From: Takakia lepidozioides
Lineage: Eukaryota > Plantae > Bryophyta
Length of the DNA: 64,000 nt
Direction of reading: 5' to 3'
NCBI GenBank assembly: GCA_030704615.1
Contig: CM060731.1
Span: 89,342,001-89,406,000 of the forward strand
In this document: in pieces, positions 51,730 to 64,000 of the stretch
Numbering within the stretch: the first letter of the stretch is position 1
Layout: each line of letters starts with the position of its first letter
The notes under the pieces: model-generated
The model's input: only the letters and a program-made list of their open reading frames with translations
Told to the model about the DNA's origin: nothing
Database searches by the model: none
Translations under genes and position numbers: made by a program

Positions 51730-52168
51730 TTCACCCTACTGCTCAGTATCCTCAGTCTGGTTAGCCTGGTGCTCAGTCTGGTTGCCGCTCTGGTCAGTCT
51801 GTTGTTGAGTCTGGTGGACACTCTCGTGTGCGGGGGGAACGACATGTTGGCCCTTAGTCTGTCTATGTTCGGCATCAGTCTGCTGCTCAGTGTCCTCAGT
51901 CTGGTGCTCAGTCTGCTCGCCGCTCTGGTCAGTCTGCTGTCGAGTCTGGTGGACACTCCCGTGGGCGGGGGGAACGGCATGTTGGCCCTCCCTCAGAGGA
52001 CCATGTTCAACGTCAGTCTGCTGCTCACTGTCCTCAGTCTGGTCAGTCTGGTGCTCAGTCTGTTTTTTGCTCTGGTCAGTCTGCTGTTCAACCTGGTCGT
52101 CACTCTCGTGGTCGGTCTGCTCTTACAGGGAGGAGATCAATCTATCAACTTGCAAGTCAACTGTGTCT

Positions 52169-55100
52169 TCAGGGTCTGATGCAACTACCGCCGACATCTA
52201 AATTATCCGCGGCAACTACATCGTCTAGTTCTTCAGTAAGGTCAATGATATGGGATTGAGTTCCCATATTGCGGTCAGTCACGTAAGAATCATCTAGAGC
52301 TTTCGCAAGCGAACGAACCAAAACCGGGCTGAGCTGAATGGAAATAGATGGCAGGCCATGGGCCACTGGAGAAGAATGGTTTACCGGTGCCTGGCTTATA
52401 TCCTCAAATGATGCGCCAATATGTGAAGATGGCCCGACGGGAAAAGAAGACTCCGTCAATGCACTTCCGTAGAAATTCAGAGACAGGGTCCCGTTGAGGC
52501 CAGTGCAGCGGACTCTGTTCAACGAGCCAAGATCCGGACTGGTGGACATGAAGTGTAGTTGGGTCCTCCGAGTCAGTGTGGTCGTGAATCTGCTGGACAG
52601 TCTGCATGGCACTGTCATTGTGGTGATTGTTTTCAGTCTGCTGGACGGTCTGGTCATTGGTATGCTGGACGGTTTGCTTGACAGCGACGTCATTGGTATG
52701 TTGCACGGTCTGGTGCAGAGGCAGTTTTTCAGTCTGTTCGCCGGTCTGCTCATGAGTCTCCTCGTCCTCGGTGTGGCCTGAAGTGCACCCACTCTCCTGA
52801 ACAGTGGCTGGGACAGTGTTGACAGTCTGTCCATGCTCTTTTTGTTGCACTGGGTGAGTCTGCTGAGCAATGGCATCGTCAGCAGTCTGCTGAACGGTGT
52901 CATGGAGTCCCTGTAACGCCAGCACACCATCTCGTGCACCTCTGGCAAAGGAATCGAAAGCACACTGCATGTGCTCGTCTAAATCGGACATTCCTGAAAC
53001 AGATGAGTTGGACAAAGTGAGTCTGACAGGATGGTGGAAGAAAAGACCATGAACTTCACAATGGTCTAGAAGAAGTTGGCATTACCTTCTAGGAGGTTGC
53101 CAATGAGACCAATATCTTTGATTTGGCGTTCCAAGCATGCTCCATCGAGATGGCGAATCGTTGGTATGCGGTTTTCAAATGGGGAGCCGCACCAAAGGAC
53201 TTTGAACACATCTGGTCTGTTCTACACAATATCGAACACTGCTCGCTCCATTACCGCAGCAAACCATTGCAAAGCCTCATCCACAACACCCTTCTTACCT
53301 GCATCCGAATCTGAATGAAACAAATACTTCCTCAAACTTTGCAGGTCCTTTACCAATTTACTGTATGAACGGAAATTGTCGAACTGCATCCATTGATGGT
53401 GAAGGAAAGAATTAGCAATATAATCAAAGTACTCTTCAGTAATTCCAAGCAAGTGCTTTCCCCGCACCCCAAAGGTAGGATGTGCCATGGGTATATGTCT
53501 GAGTTCCTGAGGCTGTGGGTCATCCATGAGGATTAATTGGACAAGCAGTGGCGGGGCATTTTGGACCTTCGTGGCTGCCAGGGCAACAGAATGTGCGCTT
53601 TCGAGGACTTCATTCGCTTCTGCCATAGTAAATTCCATGGAATAATGAAAGGGAACAAAAGGCCACCGGCCATCCGTGACAATGCGATGGAGCTCATTAT
53701 ACCAATCCACATTGGCATTGACTTTCCCCACCCTCAGACGGGCAAGTGTCAGGTCCACAGCTTCGGGATCAATGAGCGGCAATGGCGAGCGCCAAACTCC
53801 CAAAAGTCCCGTGGTGGTCGTGACAATGGGAGTCTGCTGGCGGGCGGTGAGCTCCGACCCTCCTTTAGCAGTGAATGCGGTGCGCCGGGAAGTGGAGCGG
53901 GTGCGGGAGTACATCTTGTTTAAGTACCCTGGCTCAGCAGACACCATAGCAGCACAGGACTCTGCAAACAAAGCACGCGCCAACTCCCCGGTCAACACCA
54001 TACCCACTGCAGACTCGGTGGACACAGAGCTCACCCAATCTGGCATCCAGCAGACTCTTCCCAACATACTCTTTCCCACTAGACTCACAGTCAGCACAGT
54101 CTTGTCCAGCACACTCCCATGTACCAGACTCTCGTCCAGCATACTCCCATCCAGCAGACTGCTTTGCAGACTCCCAACCAGCAGACTGCCACCCAGAAGA
54201 CGCCCATCCACCACAGTGTTGTTCAGCGGACTCCAAGCCAACAGACTCCCAATGAGCGAAGTACACATGGCCTCTCGAATACTGGCTCGTTCATTCTGGT
54301 ATATGACATAAAACCCAAAAACTCAGCATCGGACTCACTAGCAGACTTACGAGCAGACTCATGAGCAGACTCACCAGCTGCGTGGCACAAAACAAAGGAA
54401 CCAGCGGACTCCAGGGACTGACCAACAGGTCCACAAGGAGACTGACGTAGCAGACCGAGCAGGTAGACTACCAACTACGAGCAGACTCACAGAACGAAAG
54501 AACCAGCGGACTCTAGCGGACTCATGAGCAGACTCACAAGCATCGTGGCACAGAACAAAGGAACCAACGGACTCCAGCAGACTCAACGACAAGAGACACC
54601 TGCGCACGTATAGTAGACTGAACCAGCAGACTCTATGACAACAGACACTTGCGCACAGTGGACTGCAGGAGGGGACTGTACTACAGGACTCCGGAAGGAG
54701 GACGAGCAAACTCATGGGACTGACCAGCAAGTCCACAAGCAGACTGAGCAGGTAGACTACCAACTGTGGGGACAGACTGGGCATTACCTCATCGTTGTCG
54801 TCGACACAGACGCCCTCCTCATCTTCAAGGGAGCTCAACCAATTTTCCTCCGCTGCTCGGATGGTTCTGCTGAGCTGTCCGGACTGGGCGAAACTGTAGA
54901 AAAAACGGAAGAAGTCTCGATCGTCCACTGGTGGGCACACCAATGGGAGAAGCCCAAATGGTATCAGGCGCAATGTGCCAAGACAGACTCCACTGGTAGT
55001 CTCTTTTGACTGGACTTCATCCACGTGAACCCTCGACTGGTCAGGCAAGACAATGTCGACGGGAGATGAGACACCTCCCAGACCTGCGAATTCATCATTC

Positions 55101-55722
55101 TGAATGATGTCTGCAGACGGCTCAGCAGACTGGTTCTCACTCGAAGTACTGATGGTCTGCGTCTGCTGCGTAGACTGTCTCCCTGGCACAGCCCTTGACA
55201 CTTCTCGACTGCCTTGGGGACGAGTCTGCTGTTGAGATTTTGCCCTCGCCTCCCGAGCAGACCTTGCAGCCTTTTCTCTTTCCTTCTTCTGGGCCCCATC
55301 ACTAAGTTTCTTTTTTCTGGGAGCCACAGGCGATGGCGATGTCAGGTCATGCACATCTTGCATTGAAACAGTAGAACCCACCCCATACCGTGCGCGCACC
55401 TCCGCCAAAGTGCGGGCCTTCGGAGTCTGGCGGTGGCCGCATTCACCACCCTCATTGAACTTTGAACTGGCCACGGCTTGAAGCCAGGTGGGATATAGCG
55501 ATTGTTTTTGCAACCCGTGTCAACACAATGGCGGTTTAGCTACACTTTGTCCTTGATAATTTCACTACAGAAGGGACAGTGGAGCTTATCCTTCTGCCAG
55601 TTGGAGTCTGCAGGCTTGATTGCGCGGAGGTCTAAGAATGCTTCGACTATTTTCGCATCATACTCCTTAGGTGAGTACCAGTACCTTCGCTCCTTTAGCC
55701 TGGACTTGTGCATGAAATGCAA
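52169..55722 (-). pseudogene. Long, largely low-complexity coding region, probably the upstream part of the Ulp1-like gene, with an N-terminal Cys/His finger
   Basis: ORFs of 203-380 aa on the same strand; HCPFC...LNRHC at ~55520-55580. No firm domain call. Confidence 0.4.
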
Positions 55723-58319
55723 CTAGTCTGCTCCACCCTTTGCACAAGCATCCTCCATGGTTGCAGAATCAGACAAGAGATGCAGCGGCAATGAGCGACA
55801 GACAGACTAAGAATAAGAAAGCAGAGAAGAGTGGAAAAGAGAATGGAAAGAAACCAAAGCACAAAGCACAAAGAGGAAAGCTCACCGGGCGTGTTGCGGA
55901 GGCGACGGTTGTTGCGACGATTCGGTGCTCACGCGACTGTCCGCGCCTCGAAAAGCTAACACGCACAAAGAAAAGCGGGCTTGCACAAATGGGAGGTGGA
56001 CGGGCCCTAAACGAAACAGTGCGAAAGAAGTCCAGCGAAAAGTGGAGAACAGGTATAACCCTGCATGCGCGGAGTGACGTGGTGAGATTTCACTGGCGCC
56101 CTTTTTTGGCCGCCATCGCATTAAATAGTTGCAGACCCCTCACACGTGCTGGCGGTATGCCACTGCATGGACAGACTCGTATGCCACTGCATGGACAGTC
56201 CAGCAGATGGGATGAGTGGGACTATCGTCAGTCTGCCGTCGTCACATTCATTAAGTCCAGCAGACTTACTCCTGATGACAAAGAGGGCCGAGCAGACCCA
56301 GTACCCTCAACAACAGACTCATATGCCACCGCAAGGACAGACTGACGACTGAGGTTAAGCAGACTGACGAAGAGACTAAGGCAAGTGCGGAGTCTGGTGC
56401 GGAGTCTGAAGACGTGCCGCGACGTGACTGGGCCTCGTCGCTGCATTTATTGCGTCCAACAGACTTAAACCTAATGACATAACGGCCGAACAGACCCACT
56501 GCAAACAAACTTGCGCAACAACAGACTCATATGCCACTGCACGGACAGTCCAGCAGACAAAAGGTTCAACGGACTGACGAAGAGACTGGCGCAGAGTAAT
56601 TTGCACGACAACAGACTGATTTCTAACAGACTAATATTCCAAAAGACAAAGTATTCCTTAGGCGGCCGGGTGATACGGGAGTAAACCGTAAACCGCACTT
56701 TCTGTCGGAGTTCGGACGCAACGCGAGATCACTGGCGCCCTTTCCCGCTGTCGTTGCATTAATAGGTCCAGCAGACTTACACGTGATCATAATGACGGCT
56801 CAACAGACCTAGCGCAAACAGACTTGCGCCACAGTAGACTGACTTTGTGACAGTCCAGCTGACTGATATCAGAAGAGACGGACAAACCAGCAGTCCGACG
56901 GCTTAGCAGACTCACGGGAATGCGGATAATTAAAAGGTAGTAGTTAAACGGACTCATATCCGAAGAGACGGACTTCCAGCTGACCGACGGTTCAACAGAC
57001 TGACGAGAGAAGAGACTTCGGGGATAAGACGAGAGAAGACACTTCGGAATTCGGCAGGCAGTGACGGCCCAGTAGTCCAGTGAAGAACAGACTCGCGCCA
57101 CACCAGACTTGTATCCTTACAGACCAACAGTCCAGCAGACCACACTGATATCTCATCAGAACCACGCTTGGCGTCGCCGTCATGCCGTGGTTGCATTTCA
57201 TCCGTCCAGCAGACTTGCATATGCCCATACTCACGGCACAACACACTGTTTAGAGAAAGTACTGACAAAGACGCAGTCGAAGAGCCTGTTGATCCACGCG
57301 CATTTGCAGTCGTAAGGACCTTGAACATCCACAAGCAACGTGAATCCACATCTCTCAGGCTACGTCTCCTTTCCCATTGTCCAGTTTTCAAGGAGACGGT
57401 AGTGGTTGAGATGTGATGTTTCAGGAGGTGCATCTGGATGTTTGAGGACCTTCGGATTGGATCCTGTTCCGTTCACACTCTCCGCAGTTCCTAGACATGT
57501 GGTGGCAGAGACGTCCTCCCTAGAACAGTCTCATCGGTGGACATAAATTCTGCAATGTATACACGCCCCCACGTGCATATGCTTCCGCGATTTCCGCTAT
57601 CGTGTTACCAATGGTTTCCTGCTCCATACGAAGGAGCTCAGACTCGAACACACACCACAAACCGTAAACGCATGCAATTTTTCTACATATCGTCCTAAAA
57701 AATAAGCACGTCAGCACAAAACGAAGGTGAAAATAGTGGAAGCATATGCATGATGGTGGCTGTAGAGCCCCGCCAGCCCTCTCATGTTCAGGCACACCCT
57801 TCATCGTCATTAAAATTGCCATAAACAAGAAGAACAGCCGCATGCGTGCAAAGTCACCTCCGCAACATTGGACAACAAAGAGCCGCAAGAACGAGACAAC
57901 AAGAACGAGTGGGCGAGTTCGTGGCAGGATGTTACGATCTTCAATGCCCTAAACATGGATGGCGCGGATGGGTCTCTCAGAATGGACGATCCAGATCCTT
58001 CGGCCGACGCGGACTGGCAGACTGGGGGAAGCAAATGGGCACAACGGACTATTGGGTGGACTTGCGGGGACTGGCGTGCACAGCAGACTGGCCGGCAGAC
58101 TGGCGGTTTGGCGGACTGAGGGGAACTGGACTCACGGGCAGCGGACTGGCGGGCAGCTGGCTGCGCTGGACTGGGGGCGCGGCAGAGCGCAAGCGGGGCT
58201 GCCGCGGGCACGGCTGGTGGGGCCGTGGCAGCAGCTGGGCGACCGCGCGCAAGAGAGGGGGGGGGGGGGGGGGGTTCGGGTGGGGGAGCCGGGCGTCCGT
58301 GCGCGGGGCCCACCGGTCA

Positions 58320-58380
58320 GCTCGCACGTGCGCCATAAATGTCCCAATTATTGTAAAATGAGAGGCTTTGAATAGCCCTC
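58320..58380 (-). mobile_element. Possible terminal TIR of the Ulp1-bearing MULE
   Basis: Reverse complement GAGGGCTATTCAAAG resembles the other MULE's end GAGGTTTGCTATTTCA. Composition boundary here; the partner TIR is absent. Confidence 0.35.
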
Positions 58381-59800
58381 ATATCTCTCTAAATGTTATC
58401 TTGCATCTGAAGGACCTGTTTTAATGTTAAATTTCTAATTGTTACGTTATGAAATTTCAACCTGTTTTAATGTTATTTGATATAACTGCATAATTGTTAT
58501 AGAGTCTATACTCTTGGAGCATAACAATTATCCGGGTTTGACTGTAGGTTCAAAACCACATAAATGTATGTTGGATGTCACCCATAATGACCAGGTCATC
58601 AGGTCAACCCCAGTCCACCACCTAAGGTCTGGTAGCTGGTTACCTTGGGTAAGGTTTGGGCGATTAGAGGGTGTTAGAAGATGTTCCAAACAAGCCAAGC
58701 AACACAATAATTTACTCGTGCTTAGCCAAGAGTCAACTTTTTATTTCCCATAGATCAACTTATCGACTGGATTTAGAACTTCTGCATTTTGCACAAAGCC
58801 CTCTCTCCAACTTTGCTGTCAGAGTTCAGCATTCTGGTACGATCTGCATAGCTTACTATCCTCTTCAATGGTTCCTCTTGAAAAGGAGGATTGCTATTTT
58901 TATGATCTTTCAATCCATATTCTGCAACAAGGACACCATCTGTAGTCTGGCATCTAGGGTAATGCAATTGAACAAGAACAAGAATTTTTAAGTATTAGCT
59001 ACGAGCCTGTCCCCACTTGTAGAGGAAGGTAAGAAAGAATCTTCATGCATAAAACATGAGGGTTAGTCCAGGGGAAATGGCCATCTGTCTGCCCGCAAAA
59101 GATATCCTGAGACACAAGTTGTAAGTACCTCACTTTGGATATTACCCAATGCAAAACTGCAGAATTCCACAAGCAAATACACTCCAAATCTGGCTGCAGG
59201 CAGAATGCAAAGACCAACAGGTTCGCAGAAAAGGTCAGCAGAGGCCAGGCTGTAATAGACCAACAAGAGCCATGCAGCTTTCATGACGCCTCTTACCACC
59301 TCAAATAGATCACACTTCTTCTTTCACTCCTCAGTTTAAGAAGACCAACACTGTACCCAAGCTGCACATGGCTTAGATGGTGACAGTACGTCTGATTATA
59401 GCCCACAAAGAACTAATGCAGTATGCTTTAGACATCGCCCCCTCTCTGTGCCAGTTCTTGATACATCTCTAATCTGCAATGATTAAACTGTGATAATCCT
59501 GCCCACCCCAACAGCTGAAAAGGTCTGCAGGGTAAGCTGTATGGTTCCAAAGCACACATCTCCCTGTTTGAAGTCCCAAGAACTGAAAGTGGGGGGATAT
59601 GGCTAACATGTGCTATCCAGGTCAGCAACCTAGACTACCTCCTCATACATCCCCCACTTTTTCCTGTCTCTCTGTCAGCAATGCCTACAAAGAAACAAAC
59701 AAAGCACAAACCTGAACTTGATAAAGCACTTTCCATGGTTATAGTCTGCCACTGTTACATTGCCCTGCGGCTTGAAGTAGGCAAAAAGGTAAAATTTCAA

Positions 59801-62028
59801 TCAGATGTTGGTTGAATGCTCAAAAATGAGCTCCACAGGTGTTGATGCAGGGTCAAGTTCCCAGCAACCTTCAGGCACACCAGGGGCCTCAATTCCAATC
59901 TTGCGATGGGCAGGCACCCTGTGAGAGAATCTTTGAAGTTCTGACCCACAGATTGTGTTGGAGTCTCGGGTTTTCCACAAGGTTCTATCTCCACTTACTT
60001 TCACCAATGGCATGTACCACACTTTACTGGACACCCATGAACTCTCCAGGACTTCCACCATGTCATAGCTGTAGGTTATTCTGCAACCTTTTCGTGGTAT
60101 CAGAGCCATCCTGTCCTTCCAATCTCTGTAGTAAGCCCACACTTCTCCTTGCCTGATTCACATCACAACACAAGCACCAGAGATATACCTTAGCCACCAC
60201 AGGATTCAATATTTGTACCTATGTCAGTGGACAGACAATCAGGTTGCTTTGTCATGGAAAACATTCCACGGATCCGATCTGGGTAACAACAAGAAGCACC
60301 AGATCTACATCTTCCTCCAGGTAAACTCCAGACAGTTTTTGCATCACTGTTGCCAGAAGCAACCCAACATGATTGTGTTGATTGTACCCTATAAAGACAG
60401 TAGAAGCAAGCAGATACAAGGGTAATCCATGCAGTTTCTGTGAGGCGAACCTTGGTAAGACTTTGAACAACTCGTCAGACCCTTCCTCTCCTTCCATTGC
60501 ATGTGAGAACATGTTGATGTGGGCAAACACAGCAGCATCTCCAGTCTTGAATCCTCCACAGGAGAGACATGGACCTACCAAATTACAAGCAAATTTACAT
60601 CCACTTCAAATAAGAATCCTGCAAGTGAGGAACTTGATCCAAGGGGTTTAATGTCTATGCAAGAATTCTCAAAAGAGCTTGCGAGTTTGTTGTGCAACCT
60701 GTGCACAGAAGGGCCTGCTATTGCTGGCGGAATGGTTGGGAGCACTCCTGAAAAATGAATTCAATGCTGCACAAGAGTTTTTAGAGGATGATATAGAGTT
60801 GCAGACAGAAGTTTTCCCATCATGGGGCCAACAACTTACTTTCCAACAAATATTGGACTCATTCAAAATTTCTTTAAGACGTGTCGTCATACCTTGGTCT
60901 TCTACAGGTAGAACATACTCCAACCACGACACCAATGCCTCAAAGGGCCGCGATGGACTGCAGTGACTAAGGCATAGCGCCAAGGCATCATGTCCAGGTC
61001 ATCAAAGACTGCCCAGACCTGCCTGGCAAAATGTGTCTCTCAGTCCGCGTGACATCAAAGTACAAACAATCAGGGTCAGGCACAACAATCATCTCAGATT
61101 CCACAATGTTAGAAGGTGGGCTCATTGAGAGGAAGTAGAAAGCGGTGACGCTGCTGCCATAGTGGTAAGAGCGCATAGCATCTCTTACCCTCTGTTTGCT
61201 CTTCTCATTTGGTAGATTGGTCACATTCATCTTCTCCTTATCTTTGGCCTGAGAACCTCTGTTTATCCTTGCTGGCCTCTGAGAAATTTCCCCACTCTTC
61301 CCTGCAGCCTGTGGACTTATCCCTTCCTCTTTTGACAGAGGATTCCCTCCTCTATTCTCCTTGGTTTGTGCACTGTTCCCAACCTTTCCTTGACGTCCCT
61401 GAGAGCTGCACCCTTCGTGTTCTTTCCTCGAAGGGTTAACCCTTCCTTTCTCCTTTTCTGAGAGCTTCCATCTCTCCTCCTCCAGGCCTTTACTTTGGGA
61501 AGTTTCGCCCCTCAACCCTCTGCTCACATTTCTCCCCAGCTTCTCTGAAGCAGCAGAGCTATCCCCTTTCTTCTTTTTGGCTTGGAGGCCTCGCCCCCTT
61601 CTCTCCTCCACAGGTGTGGTTTCCTTCCTCTTCTCTGACATGGGAGACCTGTGCAGCAAAAAAGAATTTCTCTGCAAAAGCTGCTTGCTGTTCCTATCAG
61701 CCTGTAACACTACTCCACCATTGCCTGCATTGTCATTGTCTGTGCCTTTATTATCACAGAAACTTACACAGGTTAATTTCTTCTTGATGAAATGCGCCCA
61801 CGGAGGTTTCTTGCATGCTCTAGATGTTCCATCACTCACTGCAACTTGGTCCAGGAACAGCATGCAATGGCCAGTGTCTTCAACACCCTCGGACCCTACA
61901 TTACTATCTTTCCGGCAGGTACTCCTCCCTCTTCTCTTGTATGTCTTGCTGACCATTCTTGCTACAGCATTCTCTGCAGAATTCTCCGAAGCCTTTCTCC
62001 TAGCCTCACCCCCCATGTCGGTAGCCAC
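59801..62028 (-). CDS. DUF3444-domain protein (host gene, at least 3 exons; 5' end uncertain)
   Basis: VPDPDCLYFD...(Q)VWAVFDDLDMMPWRYA...VSWLE; LSCGGFK...MFSH; LPR|QGEVWAYYRDW...YDMVEVL...PLVKVSG; RFSHRVP...GVPEGCWELDPASTP. GT-AG introns at ~60576-60893 and ~60153-60451. Two 1-nt frameshifts at C runs. Confidence 0.85.
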
Positions 62029-64000
62029 CTCCTGCCCTAGATTTTTTGGTGCACATGCAGAACCCTGAAAGTTGAGGGAGAAATAATCATCATTCTCTGA
62101 ATCAACATCGAAGATAGCAATTGCTTACTGAAAGATACATCCTGTTCAGATTCTCCATTATCTTGCTTTATCATTGGCTCTCTCTTTCTTCTCTTGTTCA
62201 ACTGCCCACTGGGCAATCTCTTTCAGCTCTCCTGTTCCTCCCTCTCTCGTTACCTCTCTCTGCGTTCCTAGTTCGATGGGAGGTCCATGCACCCATTCGC
62301 TATGCAGCACCCTCTCCCACAGCTCAGTGTACCATCCGGACAAACAAGTTGTAAGCTCAAAAGAGGCAACATGCGGAATTGAAGCCAGGATCCACTGAAA
62401 GCTAATCATTCAAAGCTTCTACCATGAGAGTCATGAAGTCAAGTTTGTGACTCACAGCTTGCCATGGCAGCACTCAGCAGTTGCCAGGTGAAGATTCCAG
62501 TGGCGAAAAAGCAGCCCAGTTGCACACTACATGGCATTTGCTCATAATGGGAGGCGGAGAGGCAGCAGGCTTAACCAATCTTTCCTTCTTCCAGGAGAGG
62601 ACAATGAATGCCATGACTTTTGTTACATTGATATCTCATTAGATTGGTGGAAATGGTGTGTGTGTACATATTGTGCACGTCAGAGTGGAGAAAAGCACTT
62701 GTGTACTTGCAGATTCCATGGGCCAAGCCAATGACTTTTGCCTTCATTGATAAAATAGACAGTGGCTTCTTGCTTTCAGATGGTAGAATTCTTTAGGTCC
62801 AGTGCTCACCCAAAAGGTGGATTTTGAAATGCAGTTGGTCGCGCAAAACGTAATACTGATCAAGGATAAGATGTCTGATTCCTTTGCTCCACTTGTGCTC
62901 CTGAAGATACGTTCTCTCTTAGTTGATAAATTTTCCCAGCAAAAAGCAGAAAAACCAGAGTGAGATTGCAGCAAATTGCAGAGAGTACATACGTTTTGCT
63001 TGGCATTGGCATCCAACAAAAGATTGAGGAGCCCACAAGTGACAGCTCCAGCACTGGGGACCCTTTCAAGGGTCACATCCATGGATACTGGCCTCCCATC
63101 CTCTTCCTTTACTGTCCATGATAACTGCCGATTGAAAAACCATTAGTCTTCCAGCATCCAAACTCGACCTTCAATAGCAGATACTACTTAACATCAGGCT
63201 TTTCTCTGGCTCAGATAGTAGCCCTTGAATGCATCAACAATCTGGTGAAGGGCCTAAAGAAACCAAAAACACAAATTCTATACCAAAAGATAAACATAGA
63301 GCATCCCACTGGTAATGGTAAGCATCTGGATTGCATGCAGAGCCAAGAACAGCCAATCATTTTGACCCTGAAAGTGGTATACACTTCATCTAAAGCAGAT
63401 TCTTGAGACATCTATACAATACAAAAGATTCCACCAAGAAAGAAATTTTGCAGTGTCGAGAATGGTCAATCCGAAACCAAGGGACAGTAAAAAATTAATT
63501 ACATCTGGAATAGCGCCAATGGCTTCTGTGGATGATTTACAATGTTTATACTCCTACTTCCGAAGCTCTTTATGCTGAGACTTTCTGGCTGCCTCAGTTA
63601 CCATCACAGATCTGTATACTCTTGTCACTTCCAGTTGTGGGGTGCTTACTTTGGCACGTTAAACATCCTTGTGTTGTATCTAGTCAGGCCAGATATATGA
63701 TCTTGCGATAAGCATCACATAAACCTGGAGGCTAAGGTAACACCATCACTAAGTTCATCAAGGTCGCCTCCTATAATATTAAAGAGGTTGTTGAATTTGT
63801 TTCTATGAGGGTCGGAACATTGTCAATGTTTTCCAGGATACTGTAGACCTGGTAAAGAGCAAGGTAAAAGTGAGTATTTTAGCAAACACTCAGCCAATCT
63901 AGCAAAGGGAAAGTCGTAAATACTCTTCGTAAGCTGCGGGCAATAGCTATGACAATTCAAAGACTAAATATGCCAAAGAGGTTGACCTTTGGAAGGTCGA

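Noticed and set aside
57109-58375. Possible small genes
   Set aside because: GC-rich overlapping ORFs with no recognisable motif; cannot be supported.
62030-64000. Upstream exons or J-domain of the DUF3444 gene
   Set aside because: No HPD motif or sustained open frame could be identified by eye.

Overview
This is eukaryotic, plant-like DNA (GT-AG introns, a tRNA-iMet PBS, a DUF3444 gene) made almost entirely of nested transposons. A hAT transposase gene (2510-4631 + 25520-25752 + 44045-44679) is split by two retroelements. The first is a minus-strand chromovirus (4632-25519) whose 3' LTR carries a 14-kb Mutator-like element (4837-18797, perfect 9-bp TSD). That MULE encodes a SWIM/DDE transposase and, divergently, an intron-containing ParB-like + N4/N6 amino-methyltransferase-like gene, and it is studded with GGCGCC-centred palindromes. 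The second is a plus-strand Ty3/Gypsy-type element (25753-44044) with a C5 DNA methyltransferase between protease and RT and a PHD finger after integrase. It has an apparent self-priming PBS and an unusual A-internal-B-A-B terminal layout. That layout matches a 2-LTR circle opened inside the LTR at a GACA-GA-TGTC site, with a 4-bp TSD. A second chromovirus copy (29407-36365) sits in its gag. The right third holds a Gypsy fragment, a truncated Ulp1-bearing MULE with CACTA and TIR-element insertions, and a host DUF3444 gene. All calls come from reading the sequence by eye; no database searches were run.
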